From: Rebecca billardiae RCC1528
Lineage: Eukaryota > Protista > Haptophyta
NCBI GenBank assembly: GCA_965240325.2
Contig: OZ251226.1
Location: 2,480,001-2,544,000, forward strand
DNA: 64,000 bases
Reading direction: 5' to 3'
This document shows, piece after piece, positions 18,036 to 29,389 of this stretch. The stretch's first letter is position 1; each line of letters opens with the position of its first letter. A program made the position numbers and the translations under genes. Under the pieces are notes generated by a model that made no database searches, was not told the DNA's origin, and saw only the letters and a program-made list of their open reading frames with translations.

Positions 18036-20372
18036 GGCCGGCGGTTCAGGCGACGGCGGCGGAGCGCACTGGTGCCCAGGCTGGTGCCGGCAGAACCGCC
18101 TCAGCTCGCGCTCCGTCATCCGAGGCGGCGGCGACGGGCTCGGCGGCGGCGGCGGGGAGGGCGAGGGGGGCGGCGGCGGCGGCGGCGGGCGAGGCGGCGG
18201 CGGCGAGGGCGAGGGCGAGGGCGAGGGCGAGGGCGGCGGGCTCGGTGGCGACGGCGGCGGCGGCGACGGCGCGAACGCCGCCGTCGCCAGGTCGGTGAAG
18301 AACCGCTTGGCGCGCGCGCGACGCTCCGCCTCGGTGCCATCGGCGGGCGGCGCGCCCGCGGGCGGCACCGCGCGCGCGACGGCGCTCGCCAGGGCGTGGC
18401 CCACGCCGCCCGTGCTCGCGCCGGACGCGCCAGCCGCGCCGCCGGCGGCGGCCCCCGCCGGCTCGCCCAGCAGCGCGGAGCGCGCGAGCTTCTCGAAGAA
18501 GGACCTCACCTCCTGCTGGCTCGGCGGCCGCTCGCGCCGGCCGGCCGCCGTGCGCGCGCCGCTCGTCGCGTTGTGCACGTGCTCCGCAAAGGCGCGCGCG
18601 GCGTCGAACCAGCTCGCGTCGACGGCGCTGAGCGCGGGCGCGGCGGGCCCGGCCCGCGGCGGCGCCGCGCCGCCGAGCCGCGCGGGTGCGGCCGAGCCGT
18701 GCGGCGCGCCGGGCGTGGGCGCGCGCCCGTCCTCGATGGCGGTGAGCCTGTCCACAATGTTGCGGATCGAGTCGTTGCCAAAGTCGGCGATGCGGCCGCT
18801 GATGCCGCCGCCGCCGCTGCTGGCTCCGCCGCCGCCGCCGCCGCCGCCGCCGGGCGCGGGGCTGAAGCCGCCGCCGCCGCCGCCGCCACCGGGCGCGGGG
18901 CTGAAGCCGCCGCCGCCGCCGCCTCCGCCGCCGCCTCCGAACGAGGGTATGGGGACGCCGTCCCCGCCACCGCCGCCCGACCAGCCACCGCCGCCGCCGC
19001 CGCCGCCCGGCGAGGGCGCAAACCCGCCGCCACCCGTCGAGCCGCCGCTCCCGCCGGCGGCTCCGCCGCCGCTCCCGCCGGCGGCTCCGCCGCCGCGCCC
19101 GGTCAAGTCGTCGATGAATGTCTGCCCCGCGTCGGACGCCGCGTCATGCAGCTTGCCCTCCGCCTCGTGGATCTTGTCCGTGATCATGTCCTTGATCGAC
19201 CCACCGCCGCCGAGCCCGCCCGCGCCGCCCGAGCCGGCCGCACCGCCGCCCGCGCCGCCCGTGCCCCAGCCGGCGCCGCCCGCGCCGCCCGCGCCGCCCG
19301 CGCCGCCTGCGCCACCCGCGCCGCCGGCCGCGCCGCCCGCGCCCTGGTCCTGAGGCCCGCGGAACAGGTTCTGGAAGAAGCTCTTCGCGCGCTCTCTGTT
19401 CCGGGCCTTGCGCTCCTCCTTGCTCATTGGCTTGCGTCGCAGCCCGCCACCGTCGGCGCCGCCGCTGTCGAGGTTGGGGTCGACGGCCTGCAGCGCGGCG
19501 CACATGCTCGAGTCCTGGCCCATGAAGGCCATGCACGCGGAGAGCGCCATCTCGTGCACCACCGACGCGTCGCTCGCGCTGCCCGGTGCCACAGCGCCGC
19601 CCGCGCCCCCGCTACCGCCGCTGCGCCCCCGGCCACCGCCACCCACGTTGGTCGCGGCGCCGAGCGCGCGGGGCGGAGGCGCGGGCGGAGGAGGAGACGG
19701 CGGGGGCGAGGGCGAGGGCGGCGGGGGCGAGGGCCGAAACCTGCGCGGGATGCGCCTCGCGCGCCCTCTGCGGTGCGAGCCCGAGTGCGCGTCGTGCTCC
19801 GATGGCGCGCCGTGCCCGACAGCGCGCGGCCGCGGGGACGGTGGGGGCGGCAGCGGCAGCGGCGGCGGCTGCGGGCTTGGCGACGGCGGCGGCGGCGGGC
19901 GGGGCGATGGGGCCGGGGAGAGCACGGGTGGTGGCGCCGGCGATGGCGGCGGTGGGCTTGGCGGCGAGCTCGGCGGAGACGGGCAGTGGCCACGCCGGCA
20001 CCGCCTGCGCCTCGGCCGCGGGCCTCCCAAGTCGTGCAGCCGCCCCGCCGAAGCGGCGTCAGTATGCCACGCGCGTGTCGCGGACGGCGAGGGCGGTGGG
20101 GACGGTGACGCCGGAGGCGGCGAGGGCGGCGATGGAGGCAGCGGTGGAGGCGAGGGCGGCGGCGGCGGCGAGGGCGGCGGCGGCGAGGGCTGGTGCGCGA
20201 GCATGCACGCGCGCGTCGTGCAGCGCTGCTGCCGGTGCGGCAGGGCGCGCACGTTGCGCAGGGGCAGCACGCGGCCTGTGTATGGCTGCCCTGCGGCGTG
20301 CGCGAGCAGCCCGATGAGCACGGCGATGAGCCGGCGCCGGCGCGTGCCGGCGCGAACCCGATTTTCACCCAT
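15247..20372 (-). CDS. Large Pro/Gly-rich secreted or membrane glycoprotein (extensin/pherophorin-like SPPPP tracts, two small Cys modules, C-terminal TM); spliced
   Basis: Joins ORFs 16803..20387 and 15247..16956 via intron 16956-16847 (GTGCGC...GCGCAG), giving THEDCAELLRRNGTFYAMSYSARFGQCFGC. This parallels an earlier module, QQCLEAV...FFTFAKVYHACLAC. Signal peptide LIAVLIGLLAHAAG; TM WAAALGALALSTVLGVGLA. A second in-frame intron at ~16743-16556 is possible. Confidence 0.7.
15990..16101 (-). repeat. 15-bp coding tandem repeat (AAAEN x7)
   Basis: (gcgttctcagcggct)n is directly visible. Confidence 0.95.
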
Positions 20373-21617
20373 GGCGGGCTCCATCACTATACGGGATTCG
20401 TCTCATCTTTCGCGCGAGCCGGAATGCGCGCAGGCGGATGCACCGGACCAGGACGGGGAGGGGCATTTTCATGTCTCCAACCTCGCGCGCATCCCTCGAG
20501 ACACCGGAGATGGCTTGCAGGCACGGCGGAGCGTGCCACACCGCCGTGCGCCGCCGTGCGCACGGCATCGCCGCCGTCATGATGCTCGTTTGCGCACCCC
20601 GCCCAATAGCCGCGGCTCCTCACCACGGCTGCAATGCGTCGGCGGCGACGTGGCGTGAGGTGCGCATCGATATTGCCATCGTTGGGCTGCCCAAAGCCGG
20701 CTCAACCAACCTTCGGAATAAGTTAGCTAGGCATTCGGAGATTGCATGCCCGGGCATGGTGCTGCAGGATAGGCAAGTCTGCCCAGAGGACCACAGCCAG
20801 CTCGACAAAAAAGGCCCACCACCCGAAGGATTCGTGCGCCGGCTGTGCGCGACGGCCGAGGCCTTTGGCAATGGGAGGAGGCGCGTGCTCATCGGGGACC
20901 CCATGTACCTGGTCCTCGGCCAGTGGGTAGCTAAGCCGTATGGCAACCTTGCGCAGATCCCTTCTGCCCGCGCCGTCGTGTGCATACGCGAGCCGATCGC
21001 TTGGCTGCAGTCGGCCCGGAATCACGTGGTCCGCCTGTACCTCCGCGACTCTGTCGGGGCGAAAGAAGAGCATCGGAAGAAGCGCATCCAGTGGCAGCGA
21101 GCGGGGCCGCCCAGGGACTGTCCGAGGAACCACACGCCCACGATGCCGCCCTCGCTCACCGATTTCGCGCTGGGCTGCAGTTGGCACTGGGTGGACCGTG
21201 AGCACTACAACACGCTGCCACACAAATTGGAGCATGTGATGCAAGCTGAGAACGTGGGTGCGGCGGAGGCGCTCCAACGTGTGATCGTGGTCAGTCTGGA
21301 GGCGGTCCAGCACGACGAGATGGGCGCATGGCTGAGGCTGACGAGGTGGCTCGGCCTCGAGGACGAGCCCCACGTCGTGAAGCATTCCGATCTGATCCTG
21401 CACAACATGCAACCCTGTGGCGACTGGTCACAGTCATGGTGTGCGGACGTGAGTTCGGTTGTGCGCGCTGCTGTGCACGGTTACTTTGAGCAGGCGTACA
21501 GTGCAGCGTTGGGCTTCATCCACAGCCGCCTGCCGCACAGCATTCTGACAACGAGCCAGATGGTCGGCAAGGCAGACGTGTTGATGTGTGGCGTCAGCGG
21601 TGATTATGATGATGATG

Positions 21618-24317
21618 GTTGTATAACCGCTCGGTTATGCGGGTATAACTCACCGGTAGCCCTCATGAGGGCGGGCTGGCAGCCAGGGTCCGGCTGCCTG
21701 GAGGTTTTCCGGTCGTCAAGCCGAGCCAGGCCCGGATTGGGCGCGGGTCTGGATTTGCTCAGCAGCTGCTCGGCAAGCGATGCGCGTCTGGGTGCGGCCG
21801 CGCTCGCTGGCTGCACCCGCGGCGCTGCGGCCGGCGTGGCTGCTCTGGTCACCGCTGCGCTGGTGGCTGCTCCTCCTCTGGGAGTTGTTTCTTCCAGGTG
21901 CGTGTGCGTCGGCGGTAGGCCGCCCTCAGCCCTCGCTCTCTCCACTCGTGCACCTGCCCTGCTTGCTCTCTGCTTTCGATGGGGGCGCCTCGGAGCCGCT
22001 TCGAGGCGTCCCCGTCTGCAATCTTCTCATGCTCTATCTGCTTTCGATGGGGGCGCCTCGGAACCGCTTCGAGGCGTCCCCGTCTGCAATCTATCTTCTC
22101 ATGCTCTGCTTTCGATGGGGGTGCCTCGGAACCGCTTCGAGGCGTCCCCGTCTGCAATCTTCTCATGCTCTGCTTTCGATGGGGGCGCCTCGGAACCGCT
22201 TCGAGGCGTCCCCGTCTGCAATCTTCTCATGCTCTGCTTTCGATGGGGGCGCCTGGGCACCGCTCCCAGGCGTCCCCGTCTGCAATCTTCTCACGCTTCG
22301 CAGTCTCGCTTGCCTTCATCGCCTGGCGGGTGGGTGCTGCTCTCTCCTTCTCTGCCGCCTCCTCTGCAGTCTGCCGTGCACTGCTGTGTGTGGGATGCGA
22401 CCTGCTACCTTATCTGACGCTACGCGTGCGTGTCTCGCGCCTGCTTCCCGCCTGCGCCGCCGCCGCCGCGCATGTCTTCGTGCCCACTGTCGCATGCCGT
22501 CTGGATCGTCCTTACTCATACAACCCTGCGGGGAGCCCCTCTGGGCCTCTGCCGCCTTCGGTCCTCGCGCTACCCCTTCGGCGGCCTCGGCCTCTTCGGG
22601 CCCCCGGCCACCACCCCTGCGGGGCGTGGCATTCCACACCTCCTTCTGGGTGGAGGCCCTCGAGGCCTCTGCCTCCTGGGGCGCCGCGCTCTGCCCAAAC
22701 TTGCGTTGGGGGGGGGGGGGGGGGGGGGGGGCGTCGGCTGCCAGCGCCTGCGGTCTACGTGCTCCATCGAGTACTTCCTCTTCGGCGTCTAGGCGGTCAT
22801 CGGCTTCTGTCGGCGTAGTTGCTCGAATGCATCGGCGAGTCCTTCCTGGTCGGCGTCGCATCCTGGACGGCTTCGGGGGTGTGACCTAGTCACCTCACGC
22901 GTTTATCAACGCGGCCCCCACCTCAATCTACTCTCATGTGGGTCTACCGAGTGAGTTATGGTTGTATAACCGCTCGGTTATGCGGGTATAACTCACCGGT
23001 AGCCCTCATGAGGGCGGGCTGGCAGCCAGGGTCCGGCTGCCTGGAGGTTTTCCGGTCGTCAAGCCGAGCCAGGCCCGGATTGGGCGCGGGTCTGGATTTG
23101 CTCAGCAGCTGCTTGGCAAGCGATGCGCGTCTGGGTGCGGCCGCGCTCGCTGGCTGCACCCGCGGCGCTGCGGCCGGCGTGGCTGCTCTGGTCACCGCTG
23201 CGCTGGTGGCTGCTCCTCCTCTGGGAGTTGTTTCTCCCTGCCCTCCCACCCTGCTGGTTGCTGGGTGGGCATGGCCTTGGGTGCGCGCGGTGTCGGGGGG
23301 GTGGAGGCCCTCGAGGCCTCTGCCTCCTGGGGCGCCGCGCTTCGAGGCCTCTGCCTCCTGGGGCGCCGCGCTCTGCCCAAACTTGCGTTGGGGGGGGGGG
23401 GGGGGGGGGGCGTCGGCTGCCAGCGCCTGCGGTCTACGTGCTCCATCGAGTACTTCCTCTTCGGCGTCTAGGCGGTCATCGGCTTCTGTCGGCGTAGTTG
23501 CTCGAATGCATCGGCGAGTCCTTCCTGGTCGGCGTCGCATCCTGGACGGCTTCGGGGGTGTGACCTAGTCACCTCACGCGTTTATCAACGCGGCCCCCAC
23601 CTCAATCTACTCTCATGTGGGTCTACCGAGTGAGTTATGGTTGTATAACCGCTCGGTTATGCGGGTATAACTCACCGGTAGCCCTCATGAGGGCGGGCTG
23701 GCAGCCAGGGTCCGGCTGCCTGGAGGTTTTCCGGTCGTCAAGCCGAGCCAGGCCCGGATTGGGCGCGGGTCTGGATTTGCTCAGCAGCTGCTTGGCAAGC
23801 GATGCGCGTCTGGGTGCGGCCGCGCTCGCTGGCTGCACCCGCGGCGCTGCGGCCGGCGTGGCTGCTCTGGTCACCGCTGCGCTGGTGGCTGCTCCTCCTC
23901 TGGGAGTTGTTTCTCCCTGCCCTCCCACCCTGCTGGTTGCTGGGTGGGCATGGCCTTGGGTGCGCGCGGTGTCGGGGGGGTGGAGGCCCTCGAGGCCTCT
24001 GCCTCCTGGGGCGCCGCGCTTCGAGGCCTCTGCCTCCTGGGGCGCCGCGCTCTGCCCAAACTTGCGTTGGGGGGGGGGGGGGGGGGGGCGTCGGCTGCCA
24101 GCGCCTGCGGTCTACGTGCTCCATCGAGTACTTCCTCTTCGGCGTCTAGGCGGTCATCGGCTTCTGTCGGCGTAGTTGCTCGAATGCATCGGCGAGTCCT
24201 TCCTGGTCGGCGTCGCATCCTGGACGGCTTCGGGGGTGTGACCTAGTCACCTCACGCGTTTATCAACGCGGCCCCCACCTCAATCTACTCTCATGTGGGT
24301 CTACCGAGTGAGTTATG
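21618..24317. mobile_element. Head-to-tail trimer of a non-autonomous element with imperfect inverted termini (units 21618-22960, 22961-23639, 23640-24317)
   Basis: Each unit begins GTTGTATAACCGCTCGGTTA and ends CTACCGAGTGAGTTATG. Units 2 and 3 are near-identical (679/678 bp). Unit 1 is 1343 bp with a different, longer middle. Poly-G runs of 24, 21 and 20 nt. Confidence 0.85.
21971..22296 (+). repeat. Five tandem 64-68 bp hairpin-forming repeats inside unit 1 of the insert
   Basis: tgctttcGATGGGGGCGCCTCGGAaccgcTTCGAGGCGTCCCCGTCtgcaatcttctcatgctc at 21971, 22039, 22107, 22171 and 22235. Confidence 0.93.
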
Positions 24318-24684
24318 TGATTCACAAGATTCAAGGCGGCTGTGACTCGACCCTGCCCAACCCGCTGATGGCACAATACGGACATTAGCGCTGCTACATT
24401 TTCGGGCTCGTGTATGAGCGTCGAGCAGCAGCGCCGCCACTTCATTCAGGGAGCCGCGGTGGCCGCGAGCACTGATTACACGGACGGCACCCTGTGACTG
24501 CTGCCGTACAGTCTGATAGTGCCAGAGGCAGAGTGATCTGTGATGCTGCTGGCTGCTGCCACCTGTAGGGCTACTCCTGCTGTTCGGCCGCACGCTGATG
24601 CCAGTGATGGGCTGATGGCGGGGCCGTTCGGCTAGCTTGTATCATACCGCCATTGATTCTGTTATACCCTCTGGCTTCCGAAGG

Positions 24685-26094
24685 TTATGGATAGTGCCTA
24701 CTACGACACTGTAAGCTGTTCATTCTGTTACCACCACAGCTGAAGAAGAAGGCGCGCATCGCGGCCGCGCTCTCGATGAGCGGCCACGTCTTCCAGTCGC
24801 GCGAGTACCAGAGCGGGCCGCGGTTGTGCTGGAGTGACTTGCGCGGCGGCTTCATCCCCCAGGGCAACTTATCTTCGCCTGGCCGCGTCATGTTGTGGCA
24901 CTCCCACGACTTGGGCTGCTTTGCGCTTTCAAGCCTGGCGCGCAGCGTGGGCGGCACGCCGTCCGAAGCAAAGTGGCGCAGCCGGCGCGCGTGCACAAAG
25001 TCGTGGTACGCGACCTGCACGCCCGGGTCGAGGACGATCTGGCCGAGGCCGATGCGCCACATGTCCTTGCACACCAGCCCCTCCGCCAGCGTCGCGCACT
25101 CCTCCACCTTCACCGAGCCCGAGTCGAGCCCCACCTCCCAGCGGAAGCGCACGCCCGCGTCAAACGGCCGCGCCGTGAACACGGCGATGCCGTTCCAGCA
25201 TGAGTACACGGGCTCGGGCGCGTCGTGCACCGCGGGACACGGTGCGGGCGCGGGCGGGCACACCGCGTCCAGCGTCTTCGAAGAAAACATCGGCGATAGC
25301 CGCTTGGGCAGCCTGTACGTGCCCTGCATGTCCAACACCGCCCACGTGTCGTATAAGACGGTGATCAGCTCCTTCGACGTCTCCTTGCTGCCGCGCTTCT
25401 TGGGTTTGGGCACGACTTTGGGCCAGAAGTCAGTGGCGCACGCGAGCTGCGCGCCGCTCAGCGCCGAGTGCGACAGCAGCCGCAGCACGTCCGGCGCGCA
25501 GTACACCACGTCGTTCAGCCAGACGACGTGCGTGAACGCGCCGGGCGACGCGTACAGCGGCTCGAGGACCTCGTTGCGGAGCGTGGCGAGGTACTGGATG
25601 CGGAAGACGCGCTTGTCGTTGGGGCGGAACGGGAGGAAGACGGTGGGCGGGTCATCCCGCGTGCGGATCGTGCTGTTCACGCCGCGCGCGCGCAGCTGCT
25701 CGCTCCACGCCTCGAGGATCGATGCGGTCTGGTCGTGGCTGCCCGATTCCAGGATCGACACGTGCGCGCTCGGGGCGCCGCCGACGAGCTCGATCGCTTG
25801 CTCGAGCGTGGCGATCCACTTGTGCACGACATTCCCGCTGTTGTGCAGCATCGCCGCGAAGAGCGCGCGCGGCGGCACCGCCTGACCGAGCACCACGCGC
25901 CGCAGCGCCTCGACCTTCTCTGGCGGGTACTTGGCCGCGCACCGCTCGGCATGCGTCGTGCCCACGCTGATGTTGATGCCTTTCAGGTTGAGCGGCGGGT
26001 CGGCGAGCGTGACAGGCGCGAGCGCGCATGCGCCCATGAGCCACGCGCCGAGCCACCGGCGCCGGCGCGGAGCGCGCGCGTCGTGCGACCCCAT
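24685..26094 (-). CDS. CAP59/CMT1-like (GT69) mannosyltransferase-family glycosyltransferase
   Basis: Motifs LHNS, VSILESGSHDQT, RIQYLATLRNEVLEPL, VVWLNDVVYC, CATDF, YDTW, VYSCWNGIAVF, CKDMW..G...IVLDP. N-terminal signal/anchor follows ATG 26094. Confidence 0.88.
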   Translation of the reverse strand: MGSHDARAPRRRRWLGAWLMGACALAPVTLADPPLNLKGINISVGTTHAERCAAKYPPEKVEALRRVVLGQAVPPRALFAAMLHNSGNVVHKWIATLEQAIELVGGAPSAHVSILESGSHDQTASILEAWSEQLRARGVNSTIRTRDDPPTVFLPFRPNDKRVFRIQYLATLRNEVLEPLYASPGAFTHVVWLNDVVYCAPDVLRLLSHSALSGAQLACATDFWPKVVPKPKKRGSKETSKELITVLYDTWAVLDMQGTYRLPKRLSPMFSSKTLDAVCPPAPAPCPAVHDAPEPVYSCWNGIAVFTARPFDAGVRFRWEVGLDSGSVKVEECATLAEGLVCKDMWRIGLGQIVLDPGVQVAYHDFVHARRLRHFASDGVPPTLRARLESAKQPKSWECHNMTRPGEDKLPWGMKPPRKSLQHNRGPLWYSRDWKTWPLIESAAAMRAFFFSCGGNRMNSLQCRSRHYP

Positions 26095-26489
26095 TAATGC
26101 GGGCCCGGAGGGCCCAAGCCCACGCGGCGCTCTAGTGTACCCAACTGCGAGTGGCCCAGCGAGGAGGGGCCGACGCGCAGCTTGCTCAAGCCGCTCCACG
26201 ACGCGATCGCGGAGGTCTGTCGGTGGACAACGGCGTTTGGGCAGCAGCAGCAGGACGCGTGCGAGGTGCTGTACAAAATCATGGAGGCCCTGGCTGGCTG
26301 CGACGAGGCGTGCTCATACCTTGGCTTGCTCGAGTGCCTCGGTCAGCTGGCGAGCGAGCAGCCCTCGCAGCAGCAGCGCGTGCCGACGCCGACGATCTCG
26401 CAGCAGCAGCGCGTGCCGACGATCTCAGTCGGCCATGACTTCGACTGTACACAATCGGAGCCGCGCCGGCGGCTGCGATGGGCCCGCCC

Positions 26490-26656
26490 GGCCGCGCGGC
26501 GGGCGGCGGCGCGCCGCTGGAGTCTACTCGCTGCCGGGCTCGCGGCCGGGCGGGCCCACTCTCGATCGCGACGGAGGGTGCGACATAGGCTGCTGCACCG
26601 CCACCGCGGGCCCCGAACTACGTTCGTTCTACGGAAAAGGACCGCGGAACGCGGTC
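26490..26656 (-). mobile_element. Repeat family B end (right-facing), terminus ...GACCGCGGAACGCGGTC|AT
   Basis: Reverse complement of the 27321 copy over ~170 bp, followed by an AT-rich microsatellite. No left partner found in the window. Confidence 0.75.
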
Positions 26657-27036
26657 ATATATATATATGTATATATATATATATATGTGGGGCGTTATTA
26701 TGGCACAATAACTGATTGTCTAAGAGGACGGTGGGAGCGCAATGCGTTGTACCGACACCTGCCTGCCATTCGGCCTGAGCCAGGCTGCCGAGCTCAGGTC
26801 CGGCTGCCATCTCGGCCACCCTCTTCTCGTTCCACGAGGGCTTTCGAGCCTGCTCTGTGCGCACGCACGACGGCCTAGAACGGCTTACTCGCTGCGCTGC
26901 TCCTGGGCCTTAGGCTAATGAGGCGAGGTTGGCATGGCGGTCAGGACGGCCAATTGGTGAACTGGGTTTTTCATCAGGCGCCTAGACATATGTATATAGC
27001 TATATGTATATATAGCTATATATATGAATATATTTC

Positions 27037-27216
27037 GTGTTGCGACTCTGCGTCAGCGGGTACTTTTGAATACGCTTTTGCCTTTTGAGTTTTGGCGTTG
27101 CGACCCTGCGTCAGCGGGTATTTTGAATACGCTTTGGGCGTTGCGACGTAACTGCGTCAGAGCGGGTATTTTGAATACGGATTTGCGTTGCGATGACCCT
27201 GCGTCAGCGGGTATTG
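27037..27216 (+). repeat. Four degenerate ~50-60 bp tandem repeats (ttgcgaccctgcgtcagcgggtattttgaatacg)
   Basis: ctgcgtcagcgggta core at ~27048, 27106, 27153 and 27199. Confidence 0.85.
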
Positions 27217-28789
27217 TGACGGACACGGACACGGTGATGCAGGCAGGGGCCGGGGGGGGGGCTTCCACGGCCGGCGCGCCGCGCGCCGCCGCCCGTCCGG
27301 ACTGCGCCACCCCCATATATGACCGCGTTCCGCGGTCCTTTTCCGTAGAACGAACGTAGTTCGGGGCCCGCGGTGGCGGTGCACCCTCCGTCGCAGTCGT
27401 CCCGTACGTAACTAGACTCCATCCAGCGGCGCGCCGCCCAGCGCCGCGCCGCCGCCGGCCCGGCCGGCCGGCCGGGCGCGGGCGCGTTGGCGGCTGGCGT
27501 GCGCCGAGTGTGGATGTCGGTCGTCGGCCGAGCTGCCCTCATCACAGACGGCCCTTACCTGACCCCCTGCGCGTGCGCGACGGCCGACAGGCGGATGCGA
27601 CTCGGCGTGATCGACGCACGAGCGCGACTCTTGCACGCCAGGCCACCGGCGGAGCTGACTGACAGCCAGGGAGCCGACGGCGCGGGACCGCGGATTCGAT
27701 CGACTTCGTTCGGGCAGGCCTGCCGCTGACCGTCGTCGCCGCGACGCCAGCAGCGCAGGAGTAGATGATCTGCAGGTCAGTAGGGTTCGACCTGCGCGCC
27801 TGCGCGACAGCCGACAGGCGGGCGCGAGGCGTGAGCGACGCATGAGCGCGACTCTACGTGCACACCAGGCCCGCACGCGGCCGAGCTGACTGACCGAGCC
27901 AGGGAGCACGGTGCGAGCAGCCATGCAGCACCGGTGCTTGCGCGCGCCGCGCGTGCACGGGGTGACACACCTCGGTCAGGCTCGGCACGCGTCGCAGAGG
28001 CACGGCCAGCTCTGGGCACGCCAGGCGCCCAGGCCACGCGGAGCTGACAGCCACGGGGAGCCGACGGCGCGGGGCCGCGGCCAGTTCGACTTGCGCCTGC
28101 TCTGAAGAAGAGTTCTGGGAGACCCTGGCGGAGAGGCATGGCAAGGGGGGCGTGTGGTGATGTCGGAGACTCAGAGATCGATCAGTCCGGCATCATGCGC
28201 CGCTGCCCCCGAGCTTGCGAGAGCCCGAACACAGGGCGGCGGCTGCTGCGGCGCGGCTCGCGGCCGCGCAGCCGGCCGCGCAGGCATCGACAGGGCGCGG
28301 CAGGGGCGTGCGGAGTGACTAGTGAGCGGGCACGAACGCGATGTCGACGGCCGTCGGGACCCGCCGCAGACGCGCGCTCTAGGCGCCACTCGGCACTCGC
28401 CACGCGCACCTGCCCATCGAGCGCCCCCTTGGACCGTTGACGAGAGTCGTCGCGGCTCGCTGGCCACCCCCGAAGAAAACCTGCACACGTGGTCCTTGCC
28501 CTTGGGCAGGTTTTGAGCTCGCCAGCTCGGTAAGTCAGTGACTATGGAATGGGCTGGCAACGAATCATAGCTGCGCGGGTATTTTCAATTAAAGGCTTGC
28601 GGGTTTTAGACTCTAGATACCAACCGCCGCGAAGCCAAGTTCGTATTCATCAAGGCGGAGGCAAACTATGATACATGGATACGAAGCGCTGTAAATGTTC
28701 TCCAGCGTGAATACGACCCCGTGATATGAAGATTTTGCCGCTAACGATGTGTAAAAATAGCCTCAAAGAAGCTGACGCTTGTATTGGAC

Positions 28790-29031
28790 TTGTAACCGTC
28801 CTACTTCACACTCACGCCCGGCCGTCCACGATTGATTAGGGGAATAGTGTGGGCGCGGTTTTTTCTCGGCGTAATGCATGTGTAGAGAGGGTCTCAAAAA
28901 TCGAAACTCGGTCTCCGCCAGCCCTAAAAATCGCCCCCGTCCCTTTTTTCTTGATCAAATATCTTTTTGAAACGTGGTTCGGGCCCGCTGGTGCGGGCTC
29001 CACGCTGCGCGCTCCGCCTGCACCGCGGGCC
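28790..29031. mobile_element. Repeat family A end
   Basis: Same ~240-bp sequence as the 15.0-15.2 kb copy, ending gcaccgcgggcc|at. Confidence 0.75.
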
Positions 29032-29389
29032 ATCAGCGTTCCGACAGTGATGCTGCATGCCACTGAAACTACGTACACTATATAAATTATACAGTTTACT
29101 ATATATATGTGTTTATATTTAATAACGTGCACACTTGGTTATAAGGCGTGATTGACGCCGCCATATATCCAACTCACTGCACAAACTCAAAGTCAAAGAC
29201 TCCGCGGCCACAACTACAGACCGGCCGCAGGCACATACTTCGTGATGAGTGAACACACCGTAATCGAACTACAGCAGCCGCGCAAGGGGGACGCCCTTAT
29301 TTGCCCACGCAACACAGTATATATATAAGGACCGCACGACACGCGCGCATGATCAGCAGAGCTGCGGAAGCAAGCTGTGGGGCAGTCGA

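Larger units (their letters stand above)
20510..24388 (+). pseudogene. Sulfotransferase-fold gene interrupted near its 3' end by a 2.7-kb insertion (coding 20510-21617 + 24318-24388)
   Basis: 5'-PSB motif IVGLPKAGSTNL and 3'-PB motif VCIREPIAWLQS. Removing 21618-24317 restores ...DYDDD-VIHKIQGGCDSTLPNPLMAQYGH*. The last ~266 aa of ORF 20438..22417 are read-through into the insert. Start codon uncertain (20471, 20510 or 20579). Confidence 0.72.

Noticed and set aside
21971-22296. CRISPR-like array
   Set aside because: Repeats are contiguous with no unique spacers, there are no cas genes, and the context is eukaryotic.
21971-22296. Hammerhead ribozyme/retrozyme (stem followed by GAAA on the minus strand)
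   Set aside because: No CUGANGA core precedes the stem.
21780-24246. ORFs within the tandem insert as genes (transposase/RT)
   Set aside because: No recognisable motifs; frames shift with the poly-G run length.
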